Notes under the pieces: generated by a model | Database searches by the model: none | What the model saw: the letters and a program-made list of their open reading frames with translations, nothing else | Told to the model about the DNA's origin: nothing | In this document: positions 1 through 15,797 of the stretch, piece by piece | How the letters are laid out: every line of letters starts with the position of its first letter | Numbering within the stretch: position 1 is the stretch's first letter | Program-made: the position numbers and the translations under genes | NCBI RefSeq assembly: GCF_009914755.1 | Contig: NC_060941.1 | DNA from: the human T2T-CHM13v2.0 reference genome, Homo sapiens | Length of the DNA stretch: 64,000 bases | Direction: 5' to 3' (one strand)

Positions 1-1053
1 CACTTCATGATTTTCCATGGTGGTGTCTAATACAGCATTATTCTTCCTCTCAAAATGCTTCTGTTTTCTGGATAAGAGCAATTGCTTCCTTAGAAGAATT
101 TAATTTTTCCTCATTTCCATCATCAATAGCATCTGGCTTTTGTATCAAGATTGTTTCTCCCAGACAATACTGAGAAAGTATTTTATCACAAGAAGGCAGC
201 TGTGCTGGTGGCTACCATGGAGAACCATGCATCTCTGAGACACGGGCAACGAGAAGTCAGCTGGTCTCTTTTTGTTTGGTGCCTTGTTTCTGCTTATTAT
301 TCTCAGCTCATCAGTTCATTCTGTGCCTCAGCAGAATTAAAATTACTGCACGTCACAGACCTGCATGACTGCTCACGGACTGCTGACATCATGAATACCA
401 AATCGAGTTGTTATGGATCTAATTATACTTTATTGAATTTATTTCTTCATTTATTTCTTTACTGGACTCCTCCTTCTAGGCTATATATATGGAGCCCATC
501 GAAGGCTGGGACTTGTCTTACAATTTTTTATTCCTCTGCCTAATTACAATCTCTGGCATAAAACAGGTATTTGCTGAATGAATGAATAAAAGCACAATAA
601 GAAAAACGTACAAATCTCCAAACCTCTATGTATTACTAGAATGCCTGCACTTTGATGACCCTGTGTTTATATTTGTCACATTTTGGCTGTTAAAACATCA
701 TTTTCAGCTGTTTGACAACTCACTTGTTTATGTTGCTTCAAACGTTTTAAATTTCTAACCTAATGGCTCATCTAGTGTCATTCTGCCACTTAGACTTCAA
801 GACTAGAAAACAAGAAAGAGTGCAGCATAGTAGTATCATAGAATGTCTCAAGAATCCCTAGTGCAGGGATAAACACCTCTTGGAAGAGCTATCAGGACAT
901 TATCATTTTACCACCATCACCCCTGAGGCTTCCTGAATGCTTATTATGTGCAGGGACTTCCAGAGCTTTACTGTGGCAAAGTCAATCCGTTTTTGCTTTT
1001 CAAACTGATAAAATACTTAGAGGCCATGCATGCCAAGACACATTTCTATTATC

Positions 1054-1379
1054 ACACTTGGCCCTCCACCATATCAATGGGTTCCACATCCACAGATTAA
1101 ACCAACTAGAGATTAAAATGTTCAGGAAGAAATAAAATAAAATAAACCAATACAACAATAAGTAATACAAATAAAAATATAGGATAACAACTATTTACAT
1201 AGCATTTACATTTCACTGGGTATTTTGAGTCATCTAAAGGTGATTTAAAGTGTACTGGAGGATGTGTATAGGTTGTATGTGAATACTATACCCTTTTATA
1301 TAAGGGACTTGAGCATCTTCAGATTTTGGTATACACAGGAGGTCCTAGAATCAATCCCTGCAGATACTGAGGCATGACT
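1054..1379 (-). mobile_element. MER2 (Tigger-derived MITE)
   Basis: Diagnostic aactatttacatagcatttacatt...tataagggacttgagcatc...ggtcctagaatcaatccc; degenerate TIRs. Confidence 0.85.
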
Positions 1380-2263
1380 TTTTTTCTGTTTTAAACATCA
1401 GGAAAATGAGGATCCCAGTACAAAGAAACTTTATTAGCAAAGAAGACTGGAATTGGACCCTCCTGTGTAAGCACAGTGTGGTTCCAGCAGCTCAGTATGA
1501 AACTTTAACTTTCTCACTGGTTCACTTTTATCTCTGAAGGATAAACCCTCCAAGGTGTTTGGTTACTAGAGCAGTGGATCTGATAACTCTTCACTGGCCG
1601 CTGTCTGGGACAGGATCAGGATTTAATGTGAACTATTTGAAGGCTTCAGATGAAGGGCCATGCAGCCGAACATTTAGTCATGTTCAAAACATCAAACATC
1701 TGAGGGACTGAACTATGTTTATCCAGACCTGGCAATTCCTGCATCCAAAACTATTTTCCTGGAGCATCTTGGAGGATTAGTCTTTGCCAGAAAGCATTCC
1801 TATAATTTTTCTCACCATCGCTACTCTCTACGTGCAGATGATGGGATGGCACCTGCCTGTTTGGCTGCACGCAGGGGCCGGAGCACAGGGACATCAAAAC
1901 ACAGTTCTCACCCAAATGATTACAGATACTTCGGCTCAGCACAGCCCTCCCAGCATGCACATGGGGACACTATGGCCATTTGAAGTCCCTGGATGTACAG
2001 ACCGGTTTCTGGAGAATTCTGTGGTTGTGACACCTGGGTTCTATGCCTCCTTTCTTGGTCACAAATTCCAGGCACAGGCCACTTGTGGTTGTGCATGCCA
2101 GCTCTGGTCTCAGCACATGTGAGCATAAGATTCCATAGCAAAATACCCACGGCCATACTGTAGGGCTTCCCCCTTGTAGGCATAGAGGGGTAGGGGGACC
2201 CAAAGGCTTCCATCCCTGGACAGACCCTTTTATGCCTGAGATGGGTTGTTAGTTTTATCTTAG

Positions 2264-2654
<391 letters not shown>

Positions 2655-2723
2655 CAAAAGCCTATTTTAAATGTCTTCCCACAACCATGCTATAAGACAT
2701 CAAAAGGGTCATTTTTTATACAC

Positions 2724-3106
2724 CCTGTATGAGTTTGCTAGGGCTGACATAACGAAGTACCACAAATTGGGTGGCACAAACAACAGAAATTTGTTTTCTC
2801 ACAATTCCGGAGGCTAGAGTTCAAGATCAAGGAGTCAGCAGGGCTGGTTTCCTCTGGGCCTCTCTCCCTGGCCTGCAGATGGTCGTCTCCTCCCTGTGCC
2901 TTCATGTGGCCTTCCCGCTGCATGTGTCTGTCCTAGCTCCTGGTCTTATAAGGACAATCATCATACTGGATTAGGTCCCACCCATATGACCTCAGTTTCC
3001 TTTAATTGCCTCTTTAAAAGTCCTATCTCCAAATACAGTCACATTCCAAGGTACTGAGGGTTAGGACTTCAACATATGAATTTTGTGGGACACAATTCAA
3101 CTCAAC
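2724..3106 (-). mobile_element. MLT1B/C-type MaLR solo LTR
   Basis: tttgctagggctg..cataac..agtaccacaa...atctccaaatacagtcacattc...ggacttcaacatatgaatttt. Confidence 0.85.
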
Positions 3107-3514
3107 ACTCTGCTACACAGAAAGTGTGGTGGGACCTTAACAATTAATAGAGGATCTCCAAAGGAAGGAAAATTTCAAAGAAAGTCTGGCTTCCCCTCCC
3201 CAAAAATAGATCATCCTTCCAGGGCAGCTTGGAGTTCCTGGTTTCCTCTTTATTCATAAGAATTCTATTTCTCTGCAGTCTGTCTCTTAGCCAAACGCAA
3301 TTTCTGCCAAACCATATCTCACCCATACCTAACTCTCCTGCCCCCCTGAGCCCTCCCTTTTTCCATAGATCCCACCCAGAACAGCTCAAAGTGTCTTCCC
3401 AAAGCACAGCTCCATCCTTTAATGCCCCTTCATGGACTGGTCATTCAAGTTTGAATTACTCCACCATATGCCCCAGTATTCCTTCCCAGCCATGTCCTCC
3501 ACAACTTTCCTGGA

Positions 3515-3725
3515 TCTTTTTAATTGGGTTGTTTCTGTTTTTTGTTGTTGTTGTTGAGTTGTAGGAGTTCTCTATAGATTCTTGATATTAACCTCTGATC
3601 AGATATATGACTTGTAGATATTTTCTCCCACTCCCTGGGTTGCTTTTCAGTCTGTCATGCCCCTTAATGCACAAGAATTGCTAATTTCCATGTCGTCCAA
3701 CTTATCCAGTTTTTGTTGACTGTGG
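3515..3725 (-). mobile_element. Old L1 ORF2 fragment
   Basis: ttgagttgtaggagttctctatagattcttgatattaac...atattttctcccactc. Confidence 0.65.
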
Positions 3726-5369
3726 AGTTGCTGTCCCTTGGATGTAAGCCCAGCACCACGTCCAAGCTGTTCACTGCTGCCACTGTCTTCTGAGTCACTA
3801 ACACTAGTGTCTACTAGAAGAAATACTTTTCTCTGTCTTTTCATATTTTGGCCCATAGAAGAGTAGATTTTGCTCTCTCTCCCATCTAGAGGAATGGTGA
3901 AGAGAACATATGCAGCCTTTCCCTCTCTTTCCTCCTCCAGGGTCCTCTCTCGGGCAGCAGAAGGGACTGTGCAACTCATCAAAACTTGACATTCATTGGT
4001 TCTACAGGCAAACAGGGCCATGGAGTCAGAGCCAGTGCTCATGTGCCACCCACCTTTTCTGGTGTTTACAGTGGCTTCCTGAAGCAGGCCAGTTATCGCA
4101 ATCCTGAGTGATAAAGTGAAAGTGTTTCTCTGTTGCTTAATGAGAGTTTTGTATATATTCCAGCAGCAGAAAGAGAGAATGGCCTCCAAACCTCTATTGG
4201 TGCCATAGAAATAGATAGAAAGTTAAAAGGGAAGGAAGGTCAATTAAATGATTGAGGTAGCTCTTGCACAAAGTGGGAAAATGTAGTTAGGGGTATTGAG
4301 AGGGACATTGATTGCACAGAGAAAAAAATCTGGTTCTCCGGAGATTTCAAGTTTTCACCTTTTCAGATTATACCTCATTTTCTGAGAATCAAAAAGGTAA
4401 GGTCCTATGCATGATCTATCTCTAGGGATGTGGAGTTTTGCTTATATTTTTTCACAATACAGGATCTCTGGGACACATAACTACTTCCCCTCTAAATACT
4501 TTACTCAGAGATATTCTAAATTTAATTTCCTGGTATATGCCTTCCTGACCCACTTGCCCAGTGGGAAAACATTTTCTGTTGAACATTGTAGAAAAAAATT
4601 GATGTATTTTAAAATCAACTTTTTGTCAAATATATGCATTCTCTACAATAAAGTCTCCCTTAATTCATTTAGCACAGTTTTATTTTCTTTGCAAATAATT
4701 TCTTTTTAAAAAAAAGTTTCTGTATTTTGTTTTCACTATTCTGTTGGGTTAAATTCTCAGTTTACAAAAAAGAATCACTGATTCAAAACTGGTCTGTTAA
4801 AGAATAAAACTGTAATGAAAATAGTAATATAAATATTGCTGCTCAAAATAACATCATAAATATAAAAAAGAGAGATGACTCCAGTCTAGTTCAAATACAG
4901 ACTATAAATCTGCATATTCTAGAACAAGGACAGGCAAATATGTTTCCTACAAATAACGTCAACTGCAGAGTTAAATTTTTAAATTGGATTTCCCTGGACT
5001 AAGGAATCTGCTTCTACTCTGCAATGATTTATCTGTTTAGAAACATTGTTGAACAGAGATGTGAAGATTTTGCATCATTTTTCAACAGTGGCCTTTTTTA
5101 ATATGCCCACTGAGATTTTTAAAATCCTAAAACAAACACAAAATATTGCTTTTCTAGTTTTAAACTTAATATTTCTATCTAAAGAGGCACACAGTCAACA
5201 CTCAAATCCTTCTCCAAAGCACACACAGGTTTAGGTCAAAATAATCCCCCAAAGTTTGTAAAACCAGTTTCATTAGTTTTTGAACATTTCTGCTCAGAAA
5301 GGAAACAGCATACGCTTGTGGAAATCATTTGTGCTGTTCACTACGTTTCTCTAGCTCATCAAGAGATTG

Positions 5370-5660
5370 CATCTCTCTGCTGCCCATAAAGTGACACATG
5401 ACCCTATAACCGGCTTCAGGAAATGAGAGTGGAAACACAGCTTGAAGAGTTGGTCTGCCATGTACCATGCTGTCTCTCCCCTTGCCGCCATGACAACTTG
5501 GCACTGTTCCAGTAATGGCGGCTCCGCCAGCCTGGGTCCCAGAGTGTGGAAGGCAAGCAGCAGAGCCTTCAGGAGATCTGTGCTAGGTATGAACTTGTCT
5601 GAGTAAGATTTGGAGGTCATTTGTTACTGCAGCATAACTTAGTCCACTCTGAGTGATACG
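5370..5660 (+). mobile_element. Old MLT1 (J/K-like) LTR fragment
   Basis: 3' end gatttggaggtcatttgttactgcagcataacttagtcc..ctgagtgatac. Confidence 0.6.
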
Positions 5661-6050
5661 TAGTGACTGACAGAACTCTTTAACCATTAGACATAAGTTG
5701 GATGAGGCAGAGTATTAATAGCATATAAAGTGCGTATGCACAGCATACAATGAGCAACGTCACATGCTTGTGTTTGCTTTTGGTTTATGGTTGGATTAAA
5801 CCACTGATATAGCAAATTTGGAACTCACTCTTGGACTAAGAGTGATATATATTCAAGGAAAAAAATGGCTGGTGGTGTTTTCCTGTTGGAAACTTACGTT
5901 ACAAAAGAAGAGGTGTTTGTTTTAGTTAACAATTATGGTGTGAGTCATGGTAAGGACTGGAAAATGTGTGTTGAAATCAGGATACATGGAAACTAGCTAC
6001 GTAGGCACTGAGGAAAGGAGATGCCGTGACAATAAAAGAAGTTGCTTCTC

Positions 6051-6426
<376 letters not shown>

Positions 6427-6591
6427 TCAGATTGGAAATTAAAACGAAGCAATGCCTATTTGGTGTATATATACCTTCTGAGTGCATAGTGTGAAGGTAT
6501 TGGCAGAATATAAAATTTATTTTCCACACAGACTGTTAGGATAAGGGGTACCCAAATGAGGATTTCAAAGTAGGAATGAGTGGTTGTGAGG

Positions 6592-6741
<150 letters not shown>

Positions 6742-8169
6742 TGAGTGTGTGCGTGTGTTTTTTAAGGCATTATTACTACGTGGCACTGATAATATCAGTT
6801 AAGGCCCTTTAAATAATATCAAGTGATTTGTCCATGTGGCACGTGGAATATCTTAGCAATGTATTTGGCAATTCATGAGGATTGTTAGAGATGGACGCTG
6901 GATGCAGATGACTTAATTGCTAAGAATTTGACTCCTTTCAGATATTTGATGATTTTCTTCAATTACTAGAGGAAGAGAGTAGTGGCATGTTGTTGGGTAC
7001 ACAATACTTCAAAACTGTAACTGAAGGATGCCATGGAATTTGAAAAATTCCAAAGCCCAATTCAAATAAAAAGTGTGTTAGGAACCATTCACTGCTACCT
7101 TCCAGCTTTTGAGTTTAATACACTCTTACTGCACTTCTAAATGTTCAGATGGATGCAGGGAGTACAGAACAGTTTCTCACCATAATCTATTTAGTTCTTC
7201 GTCAGGTGATTTCTGAAAGAGCCACCTAAAATTTCCTTCGGTCTGAATGGCCTACAATTGTGAGCTAGGATTCTATGTTTTTGATATGCTTAGATTAACA
7301 TTAAATTTACTTTTTAGTACTTTCATGACTTTTTAAAGTCCATGATCATCTGAAATTTATATTAGCATATCAAATGAAATTACACTCTAATTTTTTTTCC
7401 AAAAAGCCAGTTATTAGGTCATCCATCCTTTTCCTCATCGTTATGAACCGTGGATTTTATTGGATCCACACACACATGTGCGCCTATTTTTGGACTTTCT
7501 ATTTCATTGATCTGTCTGTCTATCCCAGTCATAATTACTATAGTTTAAAAATACTGCTTCTGGAATAATAATCAAGTGAAAATGGATGAAAAGTTTTTTT
7601 AAAGATAATGAGAGAAATCTTACCTTAAAAATAACTTCAAAGTTATTATGAAGTATTTCATCTATCACTAGAAGATAATATATGCTGTATTATACATGCT
7701 TTACTTTCTTGCCCTCTGCAAGCCTGCACACATGAACAGCTTTCTCTGTGTCAAAGCAACTCACATTGACTTCATTGTCTCTCTGATTGCTGCTTTTCTC
7801 TCCTTCCTTTCACTGCCGATCCGCCCCTGCTGCCATGGAACGTGCTCCTCTTTCCCTTAAATTCCTGTGTTATCTGGGTACACTGCACTCCCCAAAGAGA
7901 ACTATTAAAAGTTATCAGTGACCTCCTTCTTGTCCTTCAACTCTATTTCTGATCTTCAGCCTCCCGCACCTCCCTTATATAATGTTGCCCCTCAGCACAC
8001 CCACCTTGGTACCCTCTCTCCACTAGCTACCCTGGACCTCCTCTGACTTTCCTGCTGGGAACTTCTCTGCCTTCTTGCTTTTCCTGCATGTGTGCTGCCT
8101 GTACACACTTCACTTCAAGTGTGACTGGGGGCGCCTTGCACACATTCCTTAACCTTGCTCCCCGCCTCC

Positions 8170-8570
8170 TGTGGTTTGGATATGGTTTGTTTGGTCTGGC
8201 CAAGTCTCCTGCTGAAATTTGATCCCCATTGTTGGAGGTGGGCCTGGTGAGAGGTGTTTGGGTCATAGGGACGGATCCCTCATGAATGGCTTGGTGCCAT
8301 TCTCTCAGGAGTGGGTAACGTGTCATTCTTAGTTCCCAAGAGAATTGCTTGTTGAAAAGAGCCTGGCATCTTCTTTTCTCTCTCTTGCTCCATCTCTCAT
8401 CATGGGACACACCGGTTCCCCTTCCTCTTCTGCCATGAGTGGAAGCTTCCTGAAGCCCTCACCAGAAGCAGATACTGGCACCGTGCTTCTTCTACAGCCT
8501 TTAGAACTGTGAGCTACATAAATCTCTTTATCAATTACCCAGTCTCAGACAACACAAACAGACTAAGACA
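8170..8570 (+). mobile_element. MST-type MaLR solo LTR
   Basis: ggaggtgggcctgg..gaggtgtttgggtcat..cctcatgaatggcttgg...ccagaagcagat..actaagaca. Confidence 0.85.
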
Positions 8571-9659
8571 CCCCCAAACCCTGAGAGTATGAGTTGGTTT
8601 AGTTCACGTGGCTTGTGTTCATCAAGGACCAGCTGAACGTTTTCACAGCGTGGTCTACTGTCAGCTAACACCTTCCTGGTCTAAAAGGAACTGCCCATCT
8701 TCCTGTGGTCTCCCAGAACAGCTCCTCTCCTTGACACTCCGATGGCACCATTGTCCCCAGCACCTCCAAGACATCTTCTGGATGTGCGTGAAAGGAGCCC
8801 CTAATTTACAAACCCTTACCACGTGATTTCTCCTCCTTCCACTCTACTGCCTCCGCTAGCTTATTCTTCCTACTTCCTAAGTAGGTTCCATGGAGGCTTC
8901 TATTAAAAGCTTTTCTGGCTTCCTGATCCCAACAGGATTAATCAAAATTTCTTACCTTGGCACCCAAGAACCCTGGTGTCAGTGCACAGACGTTGTTTGC
9001 AGCATCTGTACTCACTGCCACCCTGATTGATACTGAAGTCAACAGGATTTGGATTTCAAGCTGGACTTGGTCTCGCAGTGGCTATGTGGGCTTGGGCAGG
9101 TTATTCAGCCTCACTCTCATCAAAGACCTTGGGTGGCGTAAGTGGGATTTCCTACATGTAGCCTGTATGTGTCAAACGATGAAGACCCTCCAGTGATCAA
9201 GGATCTTGCTTGTTGAACATAGACGCAGAACGTGGCTACACTGTATAACAGTAATGGTAACACCCCTGGACTTCAGAAGGTGAACAAAAGGGCTCCCCTC
9301 CCTTCCTTCTTCCATCTTCTCAGAGGTCAACACAGGGACCCTCCTTTGTTTCTTCTCTGCTCGTGGAGATCAACAAAGCGATTCTCTCTTCCTTTCTTCT
9401 TGGTCACCCCTTTTGACCCATTGGAGCTATTTATTTCTTGGCATCCCCAAAATGACCATTACATGTAATAGGTGTTCTGTAAGACTTTGCAAATGAATTG
9501 TTGCATGAGACCACCCATTCATTGTATAGAGAAAAGATCACTGAGAATGAACAGATCTTGGTTTAGGTTCAGATTTGCCCTATTCTGACTGCATCACATT
9601 CAACAACTATATAACCTTGCTAAGCTTTAGTGCCCTAAATTTTCATGGGGTGCTCTGGT

Positions 9660-9756
9660 CAGTGTTCAATAGCCGCACGTGGCTAGTGGCTGTCATTCAG
9701 ACAGATAAGATGTAGAATATTCCCATCATTGCAGAAAGCCCTATTGGACAGTGCTG
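9660..9756. mobile_element. MER3-like hAT-Charlie fragment
   Basis: tcaatagccgcacgtggctagtggct...ccatcattgcagaaag.cctattggacagtgctg. Confidence 0.7.
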
Positions 9757-10119
9757 ATAGATAAAACACTACAAGAAGGGTGGTGTGTCTGCCAATAATG
9801 TCATTAAATACTATTTATGGGAAATGCCTAGAACAGAAGCTACACAGACAACAGAAACACTGCATTTGGCAGAGGAGACAGCCTCTGTCTCTAGATTACT
9901 CCAGTGTGTCCATGGAACTCGATTAGTAGGGATTCAGACAAACAACTAAAAGACCCCATTGCAATCATCTGGGCTCATTGAATGATAGGAAAGAAGAGGA
10001 AAAGGCTACCTTGGAAAGGTAGCCCCACCTTACACAGGAGCCCCTAGTGTTCAGCCAAAGATACCAAGCAATTCTAAAAGATAATCTGAGGCTTCAAATG
10101 GGAAGTTATGGCTTTCAGG

Positions 10120-10384
10120 TTTTGTGTTTTGTTTTTTGTTTTTTTGAGACGGAGTCTCGCTCTGTCGCCCAGGCTGGAGTGCAGTGGGGTGATCTCGGCT
10201 CACTGCAAGCTCCGCCTCCCGGGCTCGCTCCCATTCTCCTGTCTCAGCCTCCCGAGTAGTACTTTTAGCAGAGACGGGGTTTCACCGAGTTAGCCAGGAT
10301 GGTCTCTATCTCCTGACTTCGTGATTCCCCCGCCTCGGCCTCCCAAAGTGCTGGGATTACAGGCGTGAGCCACCGCACCTGGCC
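10120..10384 (-). mobile_element. AluY with an internal deletion of about 45 bp
   Basis: AluY diagnostics (gcaagctccgcctcccggg, ttagccaggatggtct); TSD gctttcaggtttt. Confidence 0.9.
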
Positions 10385-10779
10385 AGCTTTCAGGTTTTTA
10401 AGCTTCTTAATCGATGTAAGAAATCGAGCCTTCAGTCAAAAAGGCAAAGGGAGCTGCATGGTATTTAGCTCAGGGAAAGAGATTGGGAGGCAATGTATAA
10501 GAGATTATAGCTTATCCCAACGAGGAGATATTATCAGATGATTGCCGGACCTCCAATTTCCCCAGATCCCCTTCAATATAGTTCTATAATGTGTTACTTT
10601 TAACAAATGCCTTGGCTGGATTTGGCATTACCAGCCTTACCCTTAGTTCCTCGAGGGCAATACCTATGTCCATCTTTTCACTCTTCACAGCACAACCACA
10701 GTGCTCCTGCAGGACTCGAGATTCATGTCACTCCTTGCCTTAAAACCCTCCAAAGGGTTCCAGATCCCACTCGCACACC

Positions 10780-11246
10780 CAGGATTGGCTACATAATTTG
10801 AGGCGCCCAGTGCAAAATGGATATGCAGGGCTCTTTGTTCAAAAATTATTAAGAATTTCAAGATGGGCTGGGCATGGTGGCTCACGCCTGTAATCCCAGC
10901 ACTTTGGGAGGCCAGGGCGGGTGGATCACCTGAGGTTAGGCGTTTGAGACCAGCCCGGCCAACATGGTGAAACTCCATCTCTGCTAAAAATACAGAAATT
11001 AGTTAGTGTGGTGGCACGTGCCTGTAATTCCAGCTACTCAGGAGGCTGAGGCAGGAGAATCACTGGAACCCAAGAGCCGGAGGTTGTAGTGAGCCGAGAT
11101 CGTGCCACTACACTCCAGTCTGAGCAACAGAGCTAGTCTCCATCTCAAAAATAAATAAATAAATACATAGAATTTCAAGATGGTGAGAATAAAGCACTAA
11201 ACCAAGCATAGACCCTTCTGAGTCTCACACCAATGAAGCTGGCCCT
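10780..11246 (-). mobile_element. MER45A-like hAT element interrupted by an Alu
   Basis: ggctacataatttg..gcccagtgcaaaatg...aagaatttcaagatgg [Alu] ...taaaccaagc...atgaagctggccctg. Confidence 0.75.
10866..11167 (+). mobile_element. AluSx-like element
   Basis: Full Alu with (TAAA)n tail; TSD agaatttcaagatgg. Confidence 0.92.
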
Positions 11247-13674
11247 GCCCCTACATAACTCCTATAGATAGCTACTCAAATTTTCAGGGTCTTTTAAAAT
11301 GTGTTTCTCTCTATCTAGAACACCCATGGGGGCTCTCCCACTGCCATCGTGTTGCATATTGATTTCTCACCTTTCAGATAATTGCTTAAATGTCCCAACT
11401 TTGAAAAGCCTCCCAAGGCCCAAACACTCAAGTCCTTACAAATTCTCATAATTAACATAGTTCTTTGTATGATTATTGGTTGCCAGTATAATCCACTGAC
11501 TGTAAGCTCTGTGAGGACAGACCCCATTTCTGTCTCATTCATCATATTATTTTCATGATCTCATAAAGCACTAGCACATAGAGGGTGTTCAGTAAAAATT
11601 GGTTTATTGAATCCGTGAATAAATGGATGAATTGCAATTTTCTACAGACCATCTCTTCAAAGGATTGGCAGGGGGGACAGGAGGAGGATGACTCTGGAGG
11701 CGAGCATACCACAATTCCCAGTCCAAATCCAGTTTCCAGCCTAGTGTCACTCAGGACACCTGATTCAACCAGCCCGAGAGCAGGGAGACAGTAAATCCAA
11801 AGATTTGGATCTATTTGTATATTATTGGACCATCCTATTGTTCCTACTGGGTCTCAGTGTATTCTTCTCACTTGCCACTGAATTTGACTTGCTTATATAT
11901 TTTTCAGGGAGTTTTATTGATTACGAAAAAAGACTTCATTAGATTATTCCTCAAAGAAGTCTTACGGGTTTCCAACCTCTATTTTGAAAGACATAGCAAT
12001 GGCTTCCGAAAGGCCAAGCAATGCAGCCTTTACAACTAAAAACATAAGCGTGTCTCATCTGACTGATAACAGTATTTAACTGAGGAGAGAGAGGCTATGA
12101 CTGGGGTGGTAGAGGTCAAAAAAGAGTTTAGCCTCATCTGTAATGTTTCATCATCTTAAAAGGGTAATATATTTCTATGTTGTCATACAATTTTATATAA
12201 TATTAAGATATAAAATGTAAGTCATTTGCTATGCAGGTAATATGGACAGAGAAAAAAAGAAAAAATATATGTAAATTAATATTATATATTTGCTTCACCT
12301 TCCTGGCCATAAAAAAATTAAAACTCAAATTCTTAAAAACAAGGATGCTATACCCAAAAAATCCATATATATGGATATACAGAAATAAATATATAGATAT
12401 GGTTTAAATGTTAAAATAAGCAGCTGCCTTGATTATATCCATCACATAACTGACGCTACAGAGCTTCTCATTCTCATCATGGGATGGATTTTGTTGACTA
12501 GTATAATTCTCTAGTTGTTTTGATCTCTTTACTGAGCCAGAGTATTTCACTAATGCCAATCTGGTTATTAAATTTTAATTTGATGTCTCTTCAACTCAAA
12601 ATTACACTCTAACCGCGCAGTCTTCTGTAAAATCATGCAAAGGTAAAGAATCACAAGACTACATGCCGTCAAGACCTTTTGTATTATCCATTTGGAATTT
12701 GTAGTAAGGCCCATGTCTTCGGCTCATGTGCCTCTTCCTCTGTTTGCCCAATTGACAGCTCAAATTTTGTGTTAGAGAATGTCAAGCTTCTTTTATTTTT
12801 TATGAATAGAATTAAGCTACACTATAATGCTGCTTTTGTAGACATGAATGAACAGGTATTGCACTATGGGTTAGGTCATATTTCTTGATTTCTAACAACA
12901 TATACTTTTAAAGTTAATTTTACAGGTCTAGTCCCCCAGAATGACTCAATCTCCCATTTTCTATTGGACTGTACACTGGTGCTATAAATTAAAACCACAT
13001 CATGTTACCTGTCCCAGCTGGTACATTCTTGCATCTCTGGGCCTCAGTTCATCTCAGGCCCAGTGTGGCCACCGACACTGCAATTTGAAGTATGAATAAA
13101 ACAAACCTAAGCTCTAGGACTAAACTGGGGCACCCGTCTCTACTGTTATCCTTCTTAAGTTGCTTTGTAAAATAAGCATCTGAAGACATCATAGTATTAT
13201 TTCAATCTCCAAGCCAGAGCTTTCTGTTTCTTACCAGGGTTTCAATAACCTCAACAGCAGGGTACAGCAGTTCCAGCCACACAGGGCACATTCCAGAGCA
13301 GAATAGAGGCTCCCTCTTTAGTCTGGGCACACGTTCTTCAGGTCTGCTTATTTGAGGCCTGCTCTCTGCTCCCCTAAAACTCCTTGTTGTTTCTCCAACC
13401 CAGCAGCTGAAGTTCAGCTGCCACTGAACCTCACTGTTGTTTCTGTTATAGTAAAGTGATACCAGGAAAGCTGAATAACCTTCGCTTATATCTCCTGGCT
13501 GGCCCCATAAGCGTTTGAGCTTGCCATCCCCACTCTATAGCTTCTGAGTGTTTTAACACTAAAGCGCCTTGGGTTGTTTTGGCTCTCATAGTCTTAGAAA
13601 TACCTGCACCTCTGGGCTGGCTATTCTGTGCTTAGAGGGCCTTGCTTTGTCCTGTTTCCTAAATAGGTACAAAC

Positions 13675-13982
<308 letters not shown>

Positions 13983-14142
13983 GAAAACTATTTCATTTTA
14001 GCCTGCTATTTCTAGGGATGGGATGTGCTCAATTGCCTAGCCAGCACTACCTGCACTCTGGGGAACTAAACAGTCTGAATTTCAGAGTGGAAAATGACCA
14101 TTCATGTTATAGTCCCTGCATTCAGCTGTTTCTTCTGGTTGG

Positions 14143-14480
14143 TGCATCAGTCAGGATAGGCTAGGTTAGGCTGCAGTAACAACTCCATAGTGTCCATGGC
14201 TTACGACTGCACGAATATATTTCTTTCGCATGTTGAATGGCTGCAGTGGGTCAGCAAGTAAGTTCTGTTTATTGTGGTGGCTCAGAGAATATCTCAGATG
14301 TTCTTGGTTGTCATGTCAAAAGGAAGAAATCTTTGGACAATCTCACACTGGCAATTAAATATGCAAGTCTGAAGTGACTCACATCCCTTATGCTCGGTCA
14401 CATGGATCCACTCATCCACAAGGGACTAAGGAGGTGGAATGCTGTAAATAGTTTAGTAGTCTAGGCCACTTATGGCTACC
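14143..14480 (-). mobile_element. Old MLT1 LTR
   Basis: catcagtcaggataggctaggttaggctgcagtaacaac terminus. Confidence 0.65.
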
Positions 14481-14892
14481 AGGGTTGGTTTTCAATGACA
14501 GAGTTCTGGAAATCAAATAACTGTACCTCACTCAATCTCTTCTGGCATCCTGTTGGCAATACCCATTGACATTGATGAGTTGTGGGACTAGCCTCCATAT
14601 ACCTTTTATCAAATTGTCAGGGAATGGTTTTCTCTATCTGAAAAAACAGAGTACATAGATACTCAGCTCTTATACTTAAATTCTACTTAAAGATAGAATC
14701 AAAGAAGTTTAGAGCTAAGACTTGGCAATACTATGGTAACATTTATTGTACTGATGGTATTGATTATTTATAATAAAATATTACACCTTCATGAATATCT
14801 GTTGGGATATTAAAACATTGGTTTTAAAATAATTTCCTTTAAAAACACAACTTTTGAGGATGTCTAATTCATTCTAAACAGCTTAGAAGAAG

Positions 14893-15115
14893 GCACTGTA
14901 GGATGATAGCAAAGAGCTCTGGAAGCAAGCTCATCTGAGTTGAACTCCTGACTCTGAAATGCGCCCCTGTTTGGCTTTGGGTTATTTTCCTTCCCTAAGT
15001 CTCAATTTTCCCATTTTAGAATATAAATAATTAAATGTATGTACCTTAGCCATGATGTTGAAATAATACACGTACAGTTGTTCTGCTCAGGAAAAGCTGG
15101 CTATCATTATCATTA
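14893..15115 (+). mobile_element. MIR
   Basis: ctgagttgaactcctgactctg...ctaagtctcaattttcccattttagaat core. Confidence 0.6.
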
Positions 15116-15332
15116 CATGTATCAATCTCAAGATAGGATCAATGACACAGAAGCTGGATCCCACTCATGTTTTAATTTTATACACATTTTCCAAAAGTAA
15201 AAATTTCTTAAATGCTTCTGTCCTCAGATCTAATTCCAATAATGCAATCATTTTACACATTTTTTGTTGTTGCTGAGAAGGGAACCACTGTCTGGGATTA
15301 CTCTCCTCTCAGAGACCAATTAACAGTATAGG

Positions 15333-15642
<310 letters not shown>

Positions 15643-15797
15643 CAGTATAGGATGGTAGTTAAGAGCTCACATCCTAGTATCAGCCAAGAGGACTCAGGAG
15701 ATTGTCATGTTATATGTTGGGATCATAGTAAGCACTCCACAAATGTTAGATGTCCTTCCTCTCCAGGAATTTGATTTCTGAGAATCCAGTGAAAACT

